This document shows positions 22,017 through 31,203 of a stretch of DNA of 64,000 bases, piece by piece. Within the stretch, counting starts at the first letter, position 1. Each line of letters starts with the position of its first letter. A program made the translations under genes and the position numbers. The notes beneath the pieces are model-generated. The model was not told where the DNA came from, did not search any database, and was given only the letters and a program-made list of their open reading frames with translations. The stretch is taken from positions 22,221 to 86,220 of the forward strand of contig JBFWNV010000010.1 in NCBI GenBank assembly GCA_050250875.1. Direction: 5' to 3'. The stretch is from Vicinamibacterales bacterium. GTDB taxonomy: Bacteria > Acidobacteriota > Vicinamibacteria > Vicinamibacterales > UBA2999.

Positions 22017-22832
22017 GTGATTCCACGCGTCCGAGCCACATCCCTCATCCTGGCGGCCGTCGTCTGCGCCGCCCTCGTCACCCTCTTCCCCGCCGATGCC
22101 AGCGCCCAGCGCCGCGGCCGCCCCGGCTGGGGCCGCGGTGCCGTCGTCGTGGCGGCGCCGGTGTTCTACGGCTATGGCTACCACGACCCCTTCTGGTGGG
22201 GTCCCGGCTGGGGACCCGGCTGGGGCCATCCCGGCTGGTTCGGTCCCTGGGGCACGCCCTTCGGCGCGTTCGGCTCGGCGCGGCTGCAGGTGACCCCGCG
22301 CCAGGCGGAGGTGTACGTCGACGGCTATCTGGCCGGCCTCGTCGACGACTTCGACGGCGTGTTCCAGCGCCTGCAGGTCCCCCCGGGCGAGCACGAGCTG
22401 ACCATCTATCTCGAGGGCTACCGCACCTTCACGCAGAAGCTGCTCTTCCGGCCCGGGGCGACCATCGACATCAAGCAGCCGCTGGTGCCGCTCGCGCCCG
22501 GCGAATCCACCGGCCCGCGGCCGCAGGCGACGGCGCCGCCGGCCGGCTCGCCGGCCGGAGTTCCGCCACCGTACGGCGGACCGCCACCGATCGGCCCCGA
22601 CCGGGCGGCGGCCTTCGGCACACTGGCCATCCGCGTGCAGCCAGCCGAGGCGACGCTCCTGGTGGACGGCGAGGAATGGTCGGCGCCGGGGGGCGGCGAG
22701 CGGTTGCTCATCGAACTGGCCGAGGGCACGCACGACATCGAAGTGCGGCTCGACGGCGCGGCGCCGTATCGGCGCACCGTCGAGGTGCGGGCCGGACGCA
22801 CGACGACGCTCAACGTCAGCGTGCCGCGCTGA
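22017..22832 (+). CDS. Secreted PEGA-domain protein with a Gly/Trp/Pro-rich N-terminus
   Basis: Signal peptide; two PEGA-like domains (VTPRQAEVYVDG; VQPAEATLLVDG); GGAG before GTG 22017. Start uncertain. Confidence 0.75.
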   Translation: MIPRVRATSLILAAVVCAALVTLFPADASAQRRGRPGWGRGAVVVAAPVFYGYGYHDPFWWGPGWGPGWGHPGWFGPWGTPFGAFGSARLQVTPRQAEVYVDGYLAGLVDDFDGVFQRLQVPPGEHELTIYLEGYRTFTQKLLFRPGATIDIKQPLVPLAPGESTGPRPQATAPPAGSPAGVPPPYGGPPPIGPDRAAAFGTLAIRVQPAEATLLVDGEEWSAPGGGERLLIELAEGTHDIEVRLDGAAPYRRTVEVRAGRTTTLNVSVPR

Positions 22833-23781
22833 CCTGGATCGCCGGTCGCGCCGCCCCGTAGCCCGCCAGGTACTTCATCCCGGTGTCGCACGCCACGGTC
22901 ACCACCGTGTCGTGCGGCCCCAGATCGCCGGCGACTCGCAGGGCGGCCACCACGTTGGCGCCGGTGGAGGTGCCGGCGAAGAGGCCCTCCTCGCGCGCCA
23001 GCCGCTGTGTCATGGCACGGGCGTCCGTGGTCGAGACCCGCTCGATGCGCGACGCCAGGCCCGGCTGCCACAGCGGCACGACGAAGCCGGCGCCGACGCC
23101 GTCGATCGTATGGGCGCCGGGCGCGCCGCCCGACAGCACCGCCGACTCGTCGGGCTCCACCGCGACCACGGCCGTGGCCGCGCCGCGCCGGCGCAGCCCC
23201 TCGGCCGTGCCGCGCAGCGAACCCGCGGTGCCGACCGCCTGCACCACCGCGGCCACCGGACCGTCGACCGCGTCGAGCACTTCCTCAGCGAACGCGTCGT
23301 AGGCCGTCAACTGGTCGGCGTTGCGCAGTTGATCGGTCCAGTAGGCGCCGGTCTCGGCGGCAATCGCCCGGGCCGCCTCCACCATCGCACGGGTCAGTTC
23401 GGCCGTCATCCGCCCGCCGTCGCTCGGCACGATCGTCAGCCTCGCGCCAAGCAGCGCCATGTGATCGAGCTTCTCGCGGGCAAAGGCGTCGGAGGTGACG
23501 ACGTGCAGCGGATGGCCGAGCGCGGCGCAGACGAAGGCCAGCGACACGCCGGTGCTGCCGCCGGTGTACTCGACAGCGGGCCCACCCGGCGCCAGTCGGC
23601 CGTCGGCCAGCGCCCGCGCGATCATCGCCCGGGCCATCCGGTCCTTGATGCTGCCAGTCGGGTTCTCGCTCTCCAGTTTCACGAGCACGCGCGGGCCGCC
23701 GGCCGGCGCCACGCGGCGCAGGCGGACGAGCGAGGTGCCGCCGATGCAGTCGAGAAGGTCGGCGGGCCCGCGACGTGGCAT
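22816..23781 (-). CDS. Cysteine synthase family PLP enzyme
   Basis: VKLESENPTGSIKDR, VGTAGS, EEGLFAGTSTG, DTGMKYL. Confidence 0.88.
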   Translation of the reverse strand: MPRRGPADLLDCIGGTSLVRLRRVAPAGGPRVLVKLESENPTGSIKDRMARAMIARALADGRLAPGGPAVEYTGGSTGVSLAFVCAALGHPLHVVTSDAFAREKLDHMALLGARLTIVPSDGGRMTAELTRAMVEAARAIAAETGAYWTDQLRNADQLTAYDAFAEEVLDAVDGPVAAVVQAVGTAGSLRGTAEGLRRRGAATAVVAVEPDESAVLSGGAPGAHTIDGVGAGFVVPLWQPGLASRIERVSTTDARAMTQRLAREEGLFAGTSTGANVVAALRVAGDLGPHDTVVTVACDTGMKYLAGYGAARPAIQVSAAR

Positions 23782-23969
23782 GGCCCCACGCTATCCGGGG
23801 GCCGCCGCCCCGCCGAGAGCCATCCGCGCCAGATTCGTCGTCGCGGTTGCCAGGGCCGCGCCCGGCCGCCGTCGTGCATCCTGCCGGGACATGCGTACCA
23901 CGCGTTCGACTCACGGGCGAGATGAATTTGGATGCGCTCGCCCCGGCGCGCGCGCTACCATGAGCGGTC

Positions 23970-25262
23970 GTGCCCCACCTGAGCGCGCTCGCGCCGTCGG
24001 AACTCGCCGCCGTCCACGCCGACATCCAGCGCCGCTACGAGGCGTTCGCCGGCCGCGGTCTCTCGCTCGATCTCACCCGCGGCAAGCCGTCGAGCGCGCA
24101 GCTCGACCTGTCGAACGGCCTGCTCGATCTGCCCGGCGCCGCCGACCACGCCGCCGCCGACGGCAGCGACGTCCGGAACTACGGCGGCCTGCAAGGCCTG
24201 CCCGAGCTGCGGGCCCTGCTCGCGCCGCTCTTCGCGGCCCCGCCGGCCCAGATCGTGCTCGGCGACAACTCGAGCCTGGCGCTGATGCACGACGCCGTCG
24301 CGTTCGCGCTCCTCAAGGGCACGGTCGGCAGCCCGCGGCCGTGGAGCCAGGAGCCGCGGGTGGCGTTCCTGTGTCCGGTACCGGGCTACGACCGGCACTT
24401 CGCCATCTGCCAGGACCTCGGCATCGAGCTCATCGCCGTGCCGCTCACCGACGCCGGCCCCGACATGGAGGTCGTCGAGCGGCTGGTGGCCGGCGACGCC
24501 GCCATCAAGGGCATGTGGTGCGTGCCGAAGTACAGCAACCCGACCGGCACCGTCTACAGCGACGCGGTCGTGGAGCGGCTGGCGGCGATGCCGGCGGCCG
24601 CGCCCGACTTCCGCCTGTTCTGGGACAACGCCTACGCCGTGCACCACCTCACCAGCGAGCGGGTCGAGATCGCCAACGTGCTGGAGGCCTGCGCCCGCCA
24701 CGGCCACGCCGACCGCGCGTTCGTGTTCGGCTCGACGTCGAAGATCACGCTGGCCGGATCGGGCGTGGCGCTCTTCGCCGGCTCGCCCGGCAACGTCGCC
24801 TGGTACCTGGCGCGGATGGGCAGGCGGACCATCGGCGGCGACAAGGTGAACCAGCTCCGCCACGTCCGCTACCTGAAGGACACCGCCGGGCTGCTGGCGC
24901 TGATGGATCGCCACCGCGCCATCGTCGCCCCGAAGTTCGCCGCCGTCCTCGCCGCGTTCGACCGCGATCTGGCCGGCACGGGCGTGGCGTCGTGGGCGGC
25001 GCCCAAGGGTGGCTACTTCATCAGCCTCGACGTGATGGACGGCTGCGCGAAGGAGACGGTGCGCCTGGCCAAGGCCGCCGGGGTCGAGCTGACGCCGGCC
25101 GGATCGACGTGGCCGCTCGGCCACGATCCGCGCGATCGCAACATCAGGGTCGCGCCCACCTTCCCCGATCTGGGCACGGTGACGGCGGCGGCCGAAGGCA
25201 TGGTGCTCAGCGTGCTGCTGGCGGCGACGACGGCGCTGCAGCAACGCTCGACGGCGGCTTGA
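23970..25262 (+). CDS. Class I/II aminotransferase, Rv3722c/AspT-like subgroup
   Basis: LDLTRGKPS, PGYDRHF, VPKYSNPTG, WDNAY, STSKIT, PKGGYFI. Confidence 0.85.
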   Translation: MPHLSALAPSELAAVHADIQRRYEAFAGRGLSLDLTRGKPSSAQLDLSNGLLDLPGAADHAAADGSDVRNYGGLQGLPELRALLAPLFAAPPAQIVLGDNSSLALMHDAVAFALLKGTVGSPRPWSQEPRVAFLCPVPGYDRHFAICQDLGIELIAVPLTDAGPDMEVVERLVAGDAAIKGMWCVPKYSNPTGTVYSDAVVERLAAMPAAAPDFRLFWDNAYAVHHLTSERVEIANVLEACARHGHADRAFVFGSTSKITLAGSGVALFAGSPGNVAWYLARMGRRTIGGDKVNQLRHVRYLKDTAGLLALMDRHRAIVAPKFAAVLAAFDRDLAGTGVASWAAPKGGYFISLDVMDGCAKETVRLAKAAGVELTPAGSTWPLGHDPRDRNIRVAPTFPDLGTVTAAAEGMVLSVLLAATTALQQRSTAA

Positions 25263-26535
25263 GCGCCTTGACCAGCACCTTCGATCGCCGGCCGCTCTGC
25301 TCGTAGCGCTCGCGCCGCGCCGGCGGCAGGTCGTCGGGCCTGCCCTCGACGAACCCGCCCTTCGACTGGAAGTAGCTGAACGCCTGGGTCGACAGTACGA
25401 GCAGCGACCCGAGGCCGAGATCGCGGGCCCGCTTCTCGACGAACTGGATGAGCTTGCGGCCGATGCCCTGGTTCTCGTGCGACGCGCTGACGTAGAGGCA
25501 GGCCAGCTCGCCGGCGTTCTGCTCGGGATAGACGTGCAGGGCGACGCAGGCGACCGGGTTCCTGTCCACCTCGAAGATGTAGTAGTCGGCCAGGTCGCGT
25601 TCGATGGTCGCGCGGGTGCGGCGCACCAGCTCGTCGGCCTCGACCGCCTGACGCGTGAGCATCTGGATGGCGCGGACGTCCTTCTTCTGCGCCGGGCGGA
25701 TCTGCTCGTACTCGTTGACGTGGATGAGCGTGCCGAGGCCGAGGTTCGAGAACACCTCGCCGAGCAGCCCCTCGTCGAGCGTGCCGTTGATGACGTGGAC
25801 GCGCGGCACCCCGGCCTGGCACGCCGCCGCCGCGTACGACGCCTTCGACAGCTGGCCGGGCGCGAAGCCCTCGGGCGCGTCGCGGATGAGGTCGCGCAGC
25901 TCGTCGGGCAGCATCTGGCGGATCAGCGCGCCGCGGTGGAGCAGGCCGTCCTGCGCGGTGACGAACATCAGCTTGATGGCCTTGAGCTGTTCGGCGACGG
26001 CGACGGCGACGCGGTCGGAGTTGAGGCGGTAGGTGCGGCCCTCGCCGTCGAAGCCGAGCGGCGGCACCACCGGCACCACGCCCTGCGCGATCAGCGCCTC
26101 GAGGAAATCGACGTCGATGCGCTCGACCTTGCCGGTCCACTGGTGATCGACACCCTGCAGGATGCCGACCGGATAGGCGGTGACGACGTTGGCGCAGGCG
26201 GCGCGCAGGTCGTTGGCCGACAGCCCTTCGAGCAGCTCGTGGGTGACGCGGGTGGCGGCGGTGATCGCCAGGTCGAGCGTGGCCGCATCGGTCACGCCGG
26301 CGCCGTCGAAGTCGGAAGCGGTCACACCGCGCGCGGCGGCCAGCGCCTCGATCTGCCGGCCGGCGCCGTGCACGAGCACGACGCGGATGTTGACCGAGCG
26401 CAGCAGCGCGACGTCGAGCAGCAGCGTCGCGAAGTTGTCGTCGGCGACCACCGCGCCGTCGACGGCGAGGACGAAGGTCTTGTCGCGGAACTGGAGGACG
26501 TACTGGAGGATGCCGCGGAGTTCGGCCAGCTTCAT
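25207..26535 (-). CDS. argA: N-acetylglutamate synthase (amino-acid N-acetyltransferase)
   Basis: N-terminal AAK-like domain (FRDKTFV, LVHGAG) plus C-terminal GNAT domain (ELACLYV, LPPARRERY..GRRSK). Confidence 0.85.
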   Translation of the reverse strand: MKLAELRGILQYVLQFRDKTFVLAVDGAVVADDNFATLLLDVALLRSVNIRVVLVHGAGRQIEALAAARGVTASDFDGAGVTDAATLDLAITAATRVTHELLEGLSANDLRAACANVVTAYPVGILQGVDHQWTGKVERIDVDFLEALIAQGVVPVVPPLGFDGEGRTYRLNSDRVAVAVAEQLKAIKLMFVTAQDGLLHRGALIRQMLPDELRDLIRDAPEGFAPGQLSKASYAAAACQAGVPRVHVINGTLDEGLLGEVFSNLGLGTLIHVNEYEQIRPAQKKDVRAIQMLTRQAVEADELVRRTRATIERDLADYYIFEVDRNPVACVALHVYPEQNAGELACLYVSASHENQGIGRKLIQFVEKRARDLGLGSLLVLSTQAFSYFQSKGGFVEGRPDDLPPARRERYEQSGRRSKVLVKALKPPSSVAAAPSSPPAAR

Positions 26536-26559
26536 GGGCACTTCCCGGATGGTACGTGA

Positions 26560-26587
26560 AACGGGGCTGCCCGTGGGCAGCCCCGTT
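26560..26587 (-). terminator. Hairpin, probable intrinsic terminator
   Basis: Perfect inverted repeat AACGGGGCTGCCC-GT-GGGCAGCCCCGTT downstream of the 26636 stop; short U-tract. Confidence 0.55.
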
Positions 26588-26635
26588 GGTGTCGTGCCTC
26601 GGCGCCCCGGCAGGAGCGCGGTCGGGACCGCGGCG

Positions 26636-27817
26636 TCAGCCGCGGGCGGCCATGGTCGTGACCGCCGCCTTCTTCGGGAGGATCTCCTTGAAGGCCTTCA
26701 TGAAGCGGTCCATCTCCTCGGGCAGCCCGACTGAGACGCGCAGATGGTTCAGCATCGGCGGGAACGGCCGGCCGACCAGCACGCCCTTGGCGCGGAACTC
26801 CTGGATCACCGGCTGCACGGTGCGGCCCTCGAGGCTGACCATGAAGAAATTGGTCTGCGACGGGATCACCGGGTAGCCGTAGGCCTCGAGCTCGCGGGTG
26901 GTCTTGTTGCGGGTAGCGAGGATCTTGGTCTTCACGTCGGCCTGGGCCGCGGTGTCCTTGATCGAGGTGGCGGCGCCCCACTTGGCCAGCACGTTGACGC
27001 TGTTCGACGCGTAGACGCGCAGCTGCTTGATGATGTCGGGCGTCGAAATGGCGTAGCCGACGCGCATCGCCGCCAGGGCGGCGATCTTCGAGAACGTACG
27101 GGCGACGATCACCGGCCGGCCCTCGATGACATAGGGGATGGCGGTGCCGTAGGCCGGGTCGTCCACGAAGTGATGGTAGGCCTCGTCGATGAGGATCGGC
27201 ATCGTCTTCGGGATGCCCTCGACCACCTGGCGCACCTCGGCGGCCGACACCACCACGCCGGTCGGGTTGTTCGGGTTGCACAGGTAGAAGAACCCGACCT
27301 GCGCCGCGTTCCTGTTGGCCGCCTCGATCATCGCCGGCATGTCCTGCCGGTAGTCCTTCAGCAGCGGGATCTTGATGCCCTCGGCCTTGATGTTGCTGGC
27401 GTGCTGATAGACGGTGCCGTAGGTGGGCTCGGCGCCGACCACCTTCTTGCCACCCTGCAGGAAGGTGGTTCCGACCACCGACAGCACCTCGCCGGAGCCG
27501 GCCGTGAGCAGGACGTTCTCGGGCTTCACGCCGTGGTGGTCGGCGATCACCTGGACAACGTTGCCGTCCGGGTAGCCATAGCGGTTGGCGTACTTCCACG
27601 CCGAGTTCATCGCCTTCATGACCGACTCGGGCGGGCCGTAGTTGTTCTCGTTGCTGGCCAGCTTGGCGAAGGCGTCGTACTCCGCGTCGCTGCCGGAGAA
27701 CTGCTGGGTGGTGGCCTGCGCGAAGAGCGCCGGCGCCGGGCGCAGCCCCAGGGCGCCCACGGTAGCGGCGACCCCTCCAAAGAACCGACGGCGAGAAAGC
27801 GGATGCCTGACGTCCAT
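26636..27817 (-). CDS. HisC-like class II aminotransferase with Tat signal
   Basis: LSRRRFF Tat motif; SNENNYG, CNPNNPTG, DEAY, RTFSKI, SQTNF, LRVSVG. Confidence 0.85.
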   Translation of the reverse strand: MDVRHPLSRRRFFGGVAATVGALGLRPAPALFAQATTQQFSGSDAEYDAFAKLASNENNYGPPESVMKAMNSAWKYANRYGYPDGNVVQVIADHHGVKPENVLLTAGSGEVLSVVGTTFLQGGKKVVGAEPTYGTVYQHASNIKAEGIKIPLLKDYRQDMPAMIEAANRNAAQVGFFYLCNPNNPTGVVVSAAEVRQVVEGIPKTMPILIDEAYHHFVDDPAYGTAIPYVIEGRPVIVARTFSKIAALAAMRVGYAISTPDIIKQLRVYASNSVNVLAKWGAATSIKDTAAQADVKTKILATRNKTTRELEAYGYPVIPSQTNFFMVSLEGRTVQPVIQEFRAKGVLVGRPFPPMLNHLRVSVGLPEEMDRFMKAFKEILPKKAAVTTMAARG

Positions 27818-27944
27818 CAATATCCTCCCGGTGGAAAACGGCCAGTCGGACAAGGTTACCCGATCTTCCCGCCGGCCCCCAAGAGGATCGAATGAGCCGT
27901 GGACGGCCCATGCTTCCGGGTTATCGCATGCAGAATCAGACACC

Positions 27945-28409
27945 GTGAACACGCTGTCGCTGCCCCTGGCCGCCCGGGCCCTCCTCGTCGCCGCAGTGGT
28001 CGCCCTGGCCGCCGACGGCCTGCTGGCGCTGATGACGGGCCTGGCCGACGTCGCCGACCGGGCCGCCCGCCCACCCTGGTGGGTGGCGGCGCACGTGGTC
28101 GAACGGAGCCGATGGGTGGTCGTCGCGCTGCTGTTGCTGGCGATCGGCCGCCGCGGCGCCCAGGCCGCGCCGCCTGCCGATTCGCCCGCGGTCTGGCGCC
28201 TCGTCGGCGGCATCGTCATCGCCGCGCCGCTGGTCTGGACCCTGGCGACGTTTATCGTCCAGGCCGGGCTCTTCACCGTGGCCGGACGCTGGGACGTGGA
28301 CGGGCGGATGTTCCTGGCGGCCGGATTCTACCGGCAGGCGTTCGTGGACTACGTGCCGTGGCTGCTGGGCGGCGCCACGGTGCGGGCGGTCGCCCGGCAC
28401 CTGCGGTGA
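27945..28409 (+). CDS. Hypothetical membrane protein
   Basis: About 4 hydrophobic segments, GC-rich third positions; GTG start inferred. Confidence 0.55.
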   Translation: MNTLSLPLAARALLVAAVVALAADGLLALMTGLADVADRAARPPWWVAAHVVERSRWVVVALLLLAIGRRGAQAAPPADSPAVWRLVGGIVIAAPLVWTLATFIVQAGLFTVAGRWDVDGRMFLAAGFYRQAFVDYVPWLLGGATVRAVARHLR

Positions 28410-28446
28410 CGCGTACAGCAAAACGCGCTACCGTGGATCCCTCGCC

Positions 28447-29373
28447 GTGACCGCCGCACCCGACGACGCGCTGGAGCGCCTGGACGTTCGCATCCGCACC
28501 CTGCTGCCGGAGGACTATCAGGCCAGCTACCAGGACCTGCAGCCGGTGCCGATGCGCTCGGCCGGTCTCGTCTACGGCGACGACCGCCGGGTGGCGTGGG
28601 ATCGGATCTGGGGCAGCTTCTGCGACCTGGCGATGGCCGGCGGGCCGCCGCACAAGGGCCGGCTGCTCGCGCCCGGCGCGCCCGACGAGATCGCGGCGCA
28701 CCCGGAGCGCTACGACGAGGTGGTCGAGGAGATCTGCCGCGGCGTGTGGCTGGCGGCGGCGCTCGAAGCGCGGCCCTCGCCGGATCCGGGCTGGGTGCGG
28801 GTCCGCTGCTTCGGCGAGCCGATGGCCGGCTGGCTGCTGCGCGCCATCACGATGGAGAACGTCGCCGTACGCGGCGAGCGGGCCACGCTCGACCTGCCGG
28901 CATCGCCGGCCTTCCGTCTCGAACGGGAGATCAAGAACGTCGTCACGGTGATCGCCAAGACCACGCACTACTGGATGGGCCACATGCCGCAGAGCCAGCA
29001 GCGGGCGATCGCGGCGCTCTTCGCCGAACTGGCCGCGACGACGCCGCTGCTCCGCCCGTCGGGCGGTCCCGCCGACGAACCGCTGGCCGGCACCATCGCC
29101 GCGGCGATCCTCGACCGCACCGGCCTGGCGCGTGCCGAACACGACGCCCCCGGCTGGCTCGGCCTGGCTTGCGCCAGCGTCGGCGACGCGATCTGGCGGA
29201 TGCGCGCGCTCGTCGCCAGCAACGTGCTGGCGCGGCGCGAGGGGACGACGCTGCTGGTGCCGATCGATCCCGTCGCCGATCCCGACGGCACGCGCGTCGT
29301 CGCCGCCGTGGCCGACGTACACGAACTCGCCGCAGTCGCCGCTGGCGCGTCCCGCCGACACGAGCAGGGATAG
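28447..29373 (+). CDS. Hypothetical protein of unknown function
   Basis: 308-aa ORF with two similar halves and a WGSFCDLAMAGGPPHKG motif. Confidence 0.7.
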   Translation: MTAAPDDALERLDVRIRTLLPEDYQASYQDLQPVPMRSAGLVYGDDRRVAWDRIWGSFCDLAMAGGPPHKGRLLAPGAPDEIAAHPERYDEVVEEICRGVWLAAALEARPSPDPGWVRVRCFGEPMAGWLLRAITMENVAVRGERATLDLPASPAFRLEREIKNVVTVIAKTTHYWMGHMPQSQQRAIAALFAELAATTPLLRPSGGPADEPLAGTIAAAILDRTGLARAEHDAPGWLGLACASVGDAIWRMRALVASNVLARREGTTLLVPIDPVADPDGTRVVAAVADVHELAAVAAGASRRHEQG

Positions 29374-29375
29374 CG

Positions 29376-30434
29376 TCAGCGCCGCCGCGAGTTCTCCGCG
29401 ACCACGGCCGGCTCGCGCGCGCGCAGCGCCGCCAGTTCGTCCACGGTGAACATCGGCGGCACGGGATCGGCGGGGCGATCCAGCACCTCGCCAGGGGCCA
29501 CGTCGTCGATGACCCGCAGCGGCAGGAACGCGGAGGCCGCGAACAGCCCGTCGGCGATCAGCGTCCGGCGGGCCCGCGCGCTCACCGCGAGTTGACGGAA
29601 GCGCAGCATCTTGCCGGCGCGGTTCGGGCCGTCTTCACCCCATGGCAGATAGGCGGCATCACCGGGCGGCACGGCGCCGGCCCAGTAGCGCGGCACGGTG
29701 ACGAATTGCAGGCCGTCGAGTCCCGAGGTGTACGACACCGGCGGCGGACACAGCGTCAGCAGCCGCGCGAGCGGCGGCTCGAGCGCGGCCTCGGGCCGCA
29801 GCCAGCGCTGGTGGAACGTCGACTGCCCGACGTCGAGGGCCGACGACCGGCGATCGGGACGCCCCGCCACGTCGCGCCGCCACGTCGCGCGGGCGAACCA
29901 CGGATGGTCGAGGCCGCGGCCCAGGCTGCGGTCGGGCAAGGCGACGAACCACGGCGGGCCGGCCTTGCGGCCGCGCGACGCGCAGGCCAGGAAGCCGGCA
30001 CCGGTCAGGCCGTGCCGCCGCCACGACTCGACGAACGCCGACGAGACGAACGTGTGGTTCAGGGCGTGCACGGCCGGAAGCGTCCCGACCTTGGCGCCGG
30101 GATAGTCGTCCCACAGCGAGAAGTCATCGACCGTACGGGTCGCGACGAGCGACCAGGCGGCGTCGGCCCGCTCGGCGTCGGTAATCACCTCGGTCAGAGT
30201 GGCCGCCCCCACGAACGCGCGGCCGGCCAACCGTTCCTCGATGAGCCGCTCGACGACGGCATCGCCCTTGGTCGTGCCGGGCGTGGTCGTCACCCAGGCG
30301 ACGCTGCGCGCCTTCAAACCGAGCTCGCGGTACAGCCGGGCTCGCAGGGCCTGCGACGACGCCGAGAGCATCGACGGCGCGCCGTCGGGCCCAGGCGGGG
30401 CGTCGACGCGCAGCAACAGCGAGAATCGGCTCAC
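29376..30434 (-). CDS. Hypothetical protein
   Basis: C-terminal part of ORF 29376..31349; GTGA overlap with the upstream stop at 30431-30434. Confidence 0.6.
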   Translation of the reverse strand: MSRFSLLLRVDAPPGPDGAPSMLSASSQALRARLYRELGLKARSVAWVTTTPGTTKGDAVVERLIEERLAGRAFVGAATLTEVITDAERADAAWSLVATRTVDDFSLWDDYPGAKVGTLPAVHALNHTFVSSAFVESWRRHGLTGAGFLACASRGRKAGPPWFVALPDRSLGRGLDHPWFARATWRRDVAGRPDRRSSALDVGQSTFHQRWLRPEAALEPPLARLLTLCPPPVSYTSGLDGLQFVTVPRYWAGAVPPGDAAYLPWGEDGPNRAGKMLRFRQLAVSARARRTLIADGLFAASAFLPLRVIDDVAPGEVLDRPADPVPPMFTVDELAALRAREPAVVAENSRRR

Positions 30435-31060
30435 GGCTGACACCGCCTGGCGACCGCTCTGAGCGGCAGTACGAGCGCGCAGGCCAGCAGCACGTAGTCG
30501 GCGGTCACGGCGAGCACGATCGCCGCCGAGCCGCCGATGAGAGTCCAGACGAACGGCACGATCAGCGCGGCGATCGGCGGCCGCGCAACCGTCACCAGCA
30601 GGCCAACCGTGAAGATGCCGGTCGGGCACGGCACGCCGAAGGTCGGCGACGCCGGGTAGGCGTGGCTCCACGCGCTCACGAACGGATACAGGAGCGCGTA
30701 CGCGGCCAGGCTGAGCCCCAGCACTTGGCCGGCGCCGCCAGCGGCGCCGAAGTGCAGGCGTTGACGGACCAGCCCGAACCAGCCGAGCGCCATCGCCTGG
30801 AGCACGAACAGCGCGGCGAAGCCCCAGGCCGCCGGGTTGATGGCGGTGAAGTAGCCGGCGTGGTAGACGAGCCCGCCCCACAGCCAGAGGCCGGCCAGCA
30901 CCGCGGCGGCCACGCGGTCGGTTGCCGGGCCGGGGCGCCAGACCACCGCCGCCAGCGTCAGCGCGGCCGCGGTCCACCACGCCACCACGAGCGGTAGGTG
31001 CGCAGTGTTGTAGCGCGCGAACACCTCGAAGAACGCGTCGGCGGTGAAGGGCAGCGACAC
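30431..31060 (-). CDS. DUF6064-like membrane protein
   Basis: LPFTADAFFEVFARYN, INPAA, PTFGVPCPT. Alternative start at 31081. Confidence 0.75.
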   Translation of the reverse strand: MSLPFTADAFFEVFARYNTAHLPLVVAWWTAAALTLAAVVWRPGPATDRVAAAVLAGLWLWGGLVYHAGYFTAINPAAWGFAALFVLQAMALGWFGLVRQRLHFGAAGGAGQVLGLSLAAYALLYPFVSAWSHAYPASPTFGVPCPTGIFTVGLLVTVARPPIAALIVPFVWTLIGGSAAIVLAVTADYVLLACALVLPLRAVARRCQP

Positions 31061-31103
31061 GGGCGGCGGCCAGTGTGCCATCGCGGCGCCGCCGGCGCCA
31101 ATT

Positions 31104-31147
31104 TTGACAACGTTCTATGGTTTCTATATATGTAACTATCGTTACAT
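31104..31147 (+). promoter_or_regulatory. AT-rich promoter with operator-like palindrome
   Basis: TTGACA at 31104-31109, TA-rich -10 region at about 31125-31132, and perfect palindrome ATGTAAC-TATC-GTTACAT at 31130-31147. Confidence 0.6.
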
Positions 31148-31203
31148 TCACAATTGAGCGTCCCGATGCGGCGGTGAGCCGCCCGGCGGCGCGGAGGACG
31201 GCC

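Noticed and set aside
23895-23920. GTTCGACTC resembling a tRNA T-loop
   Set aside because: Flanks do not form a T-stem and no cloverleaf can be built.
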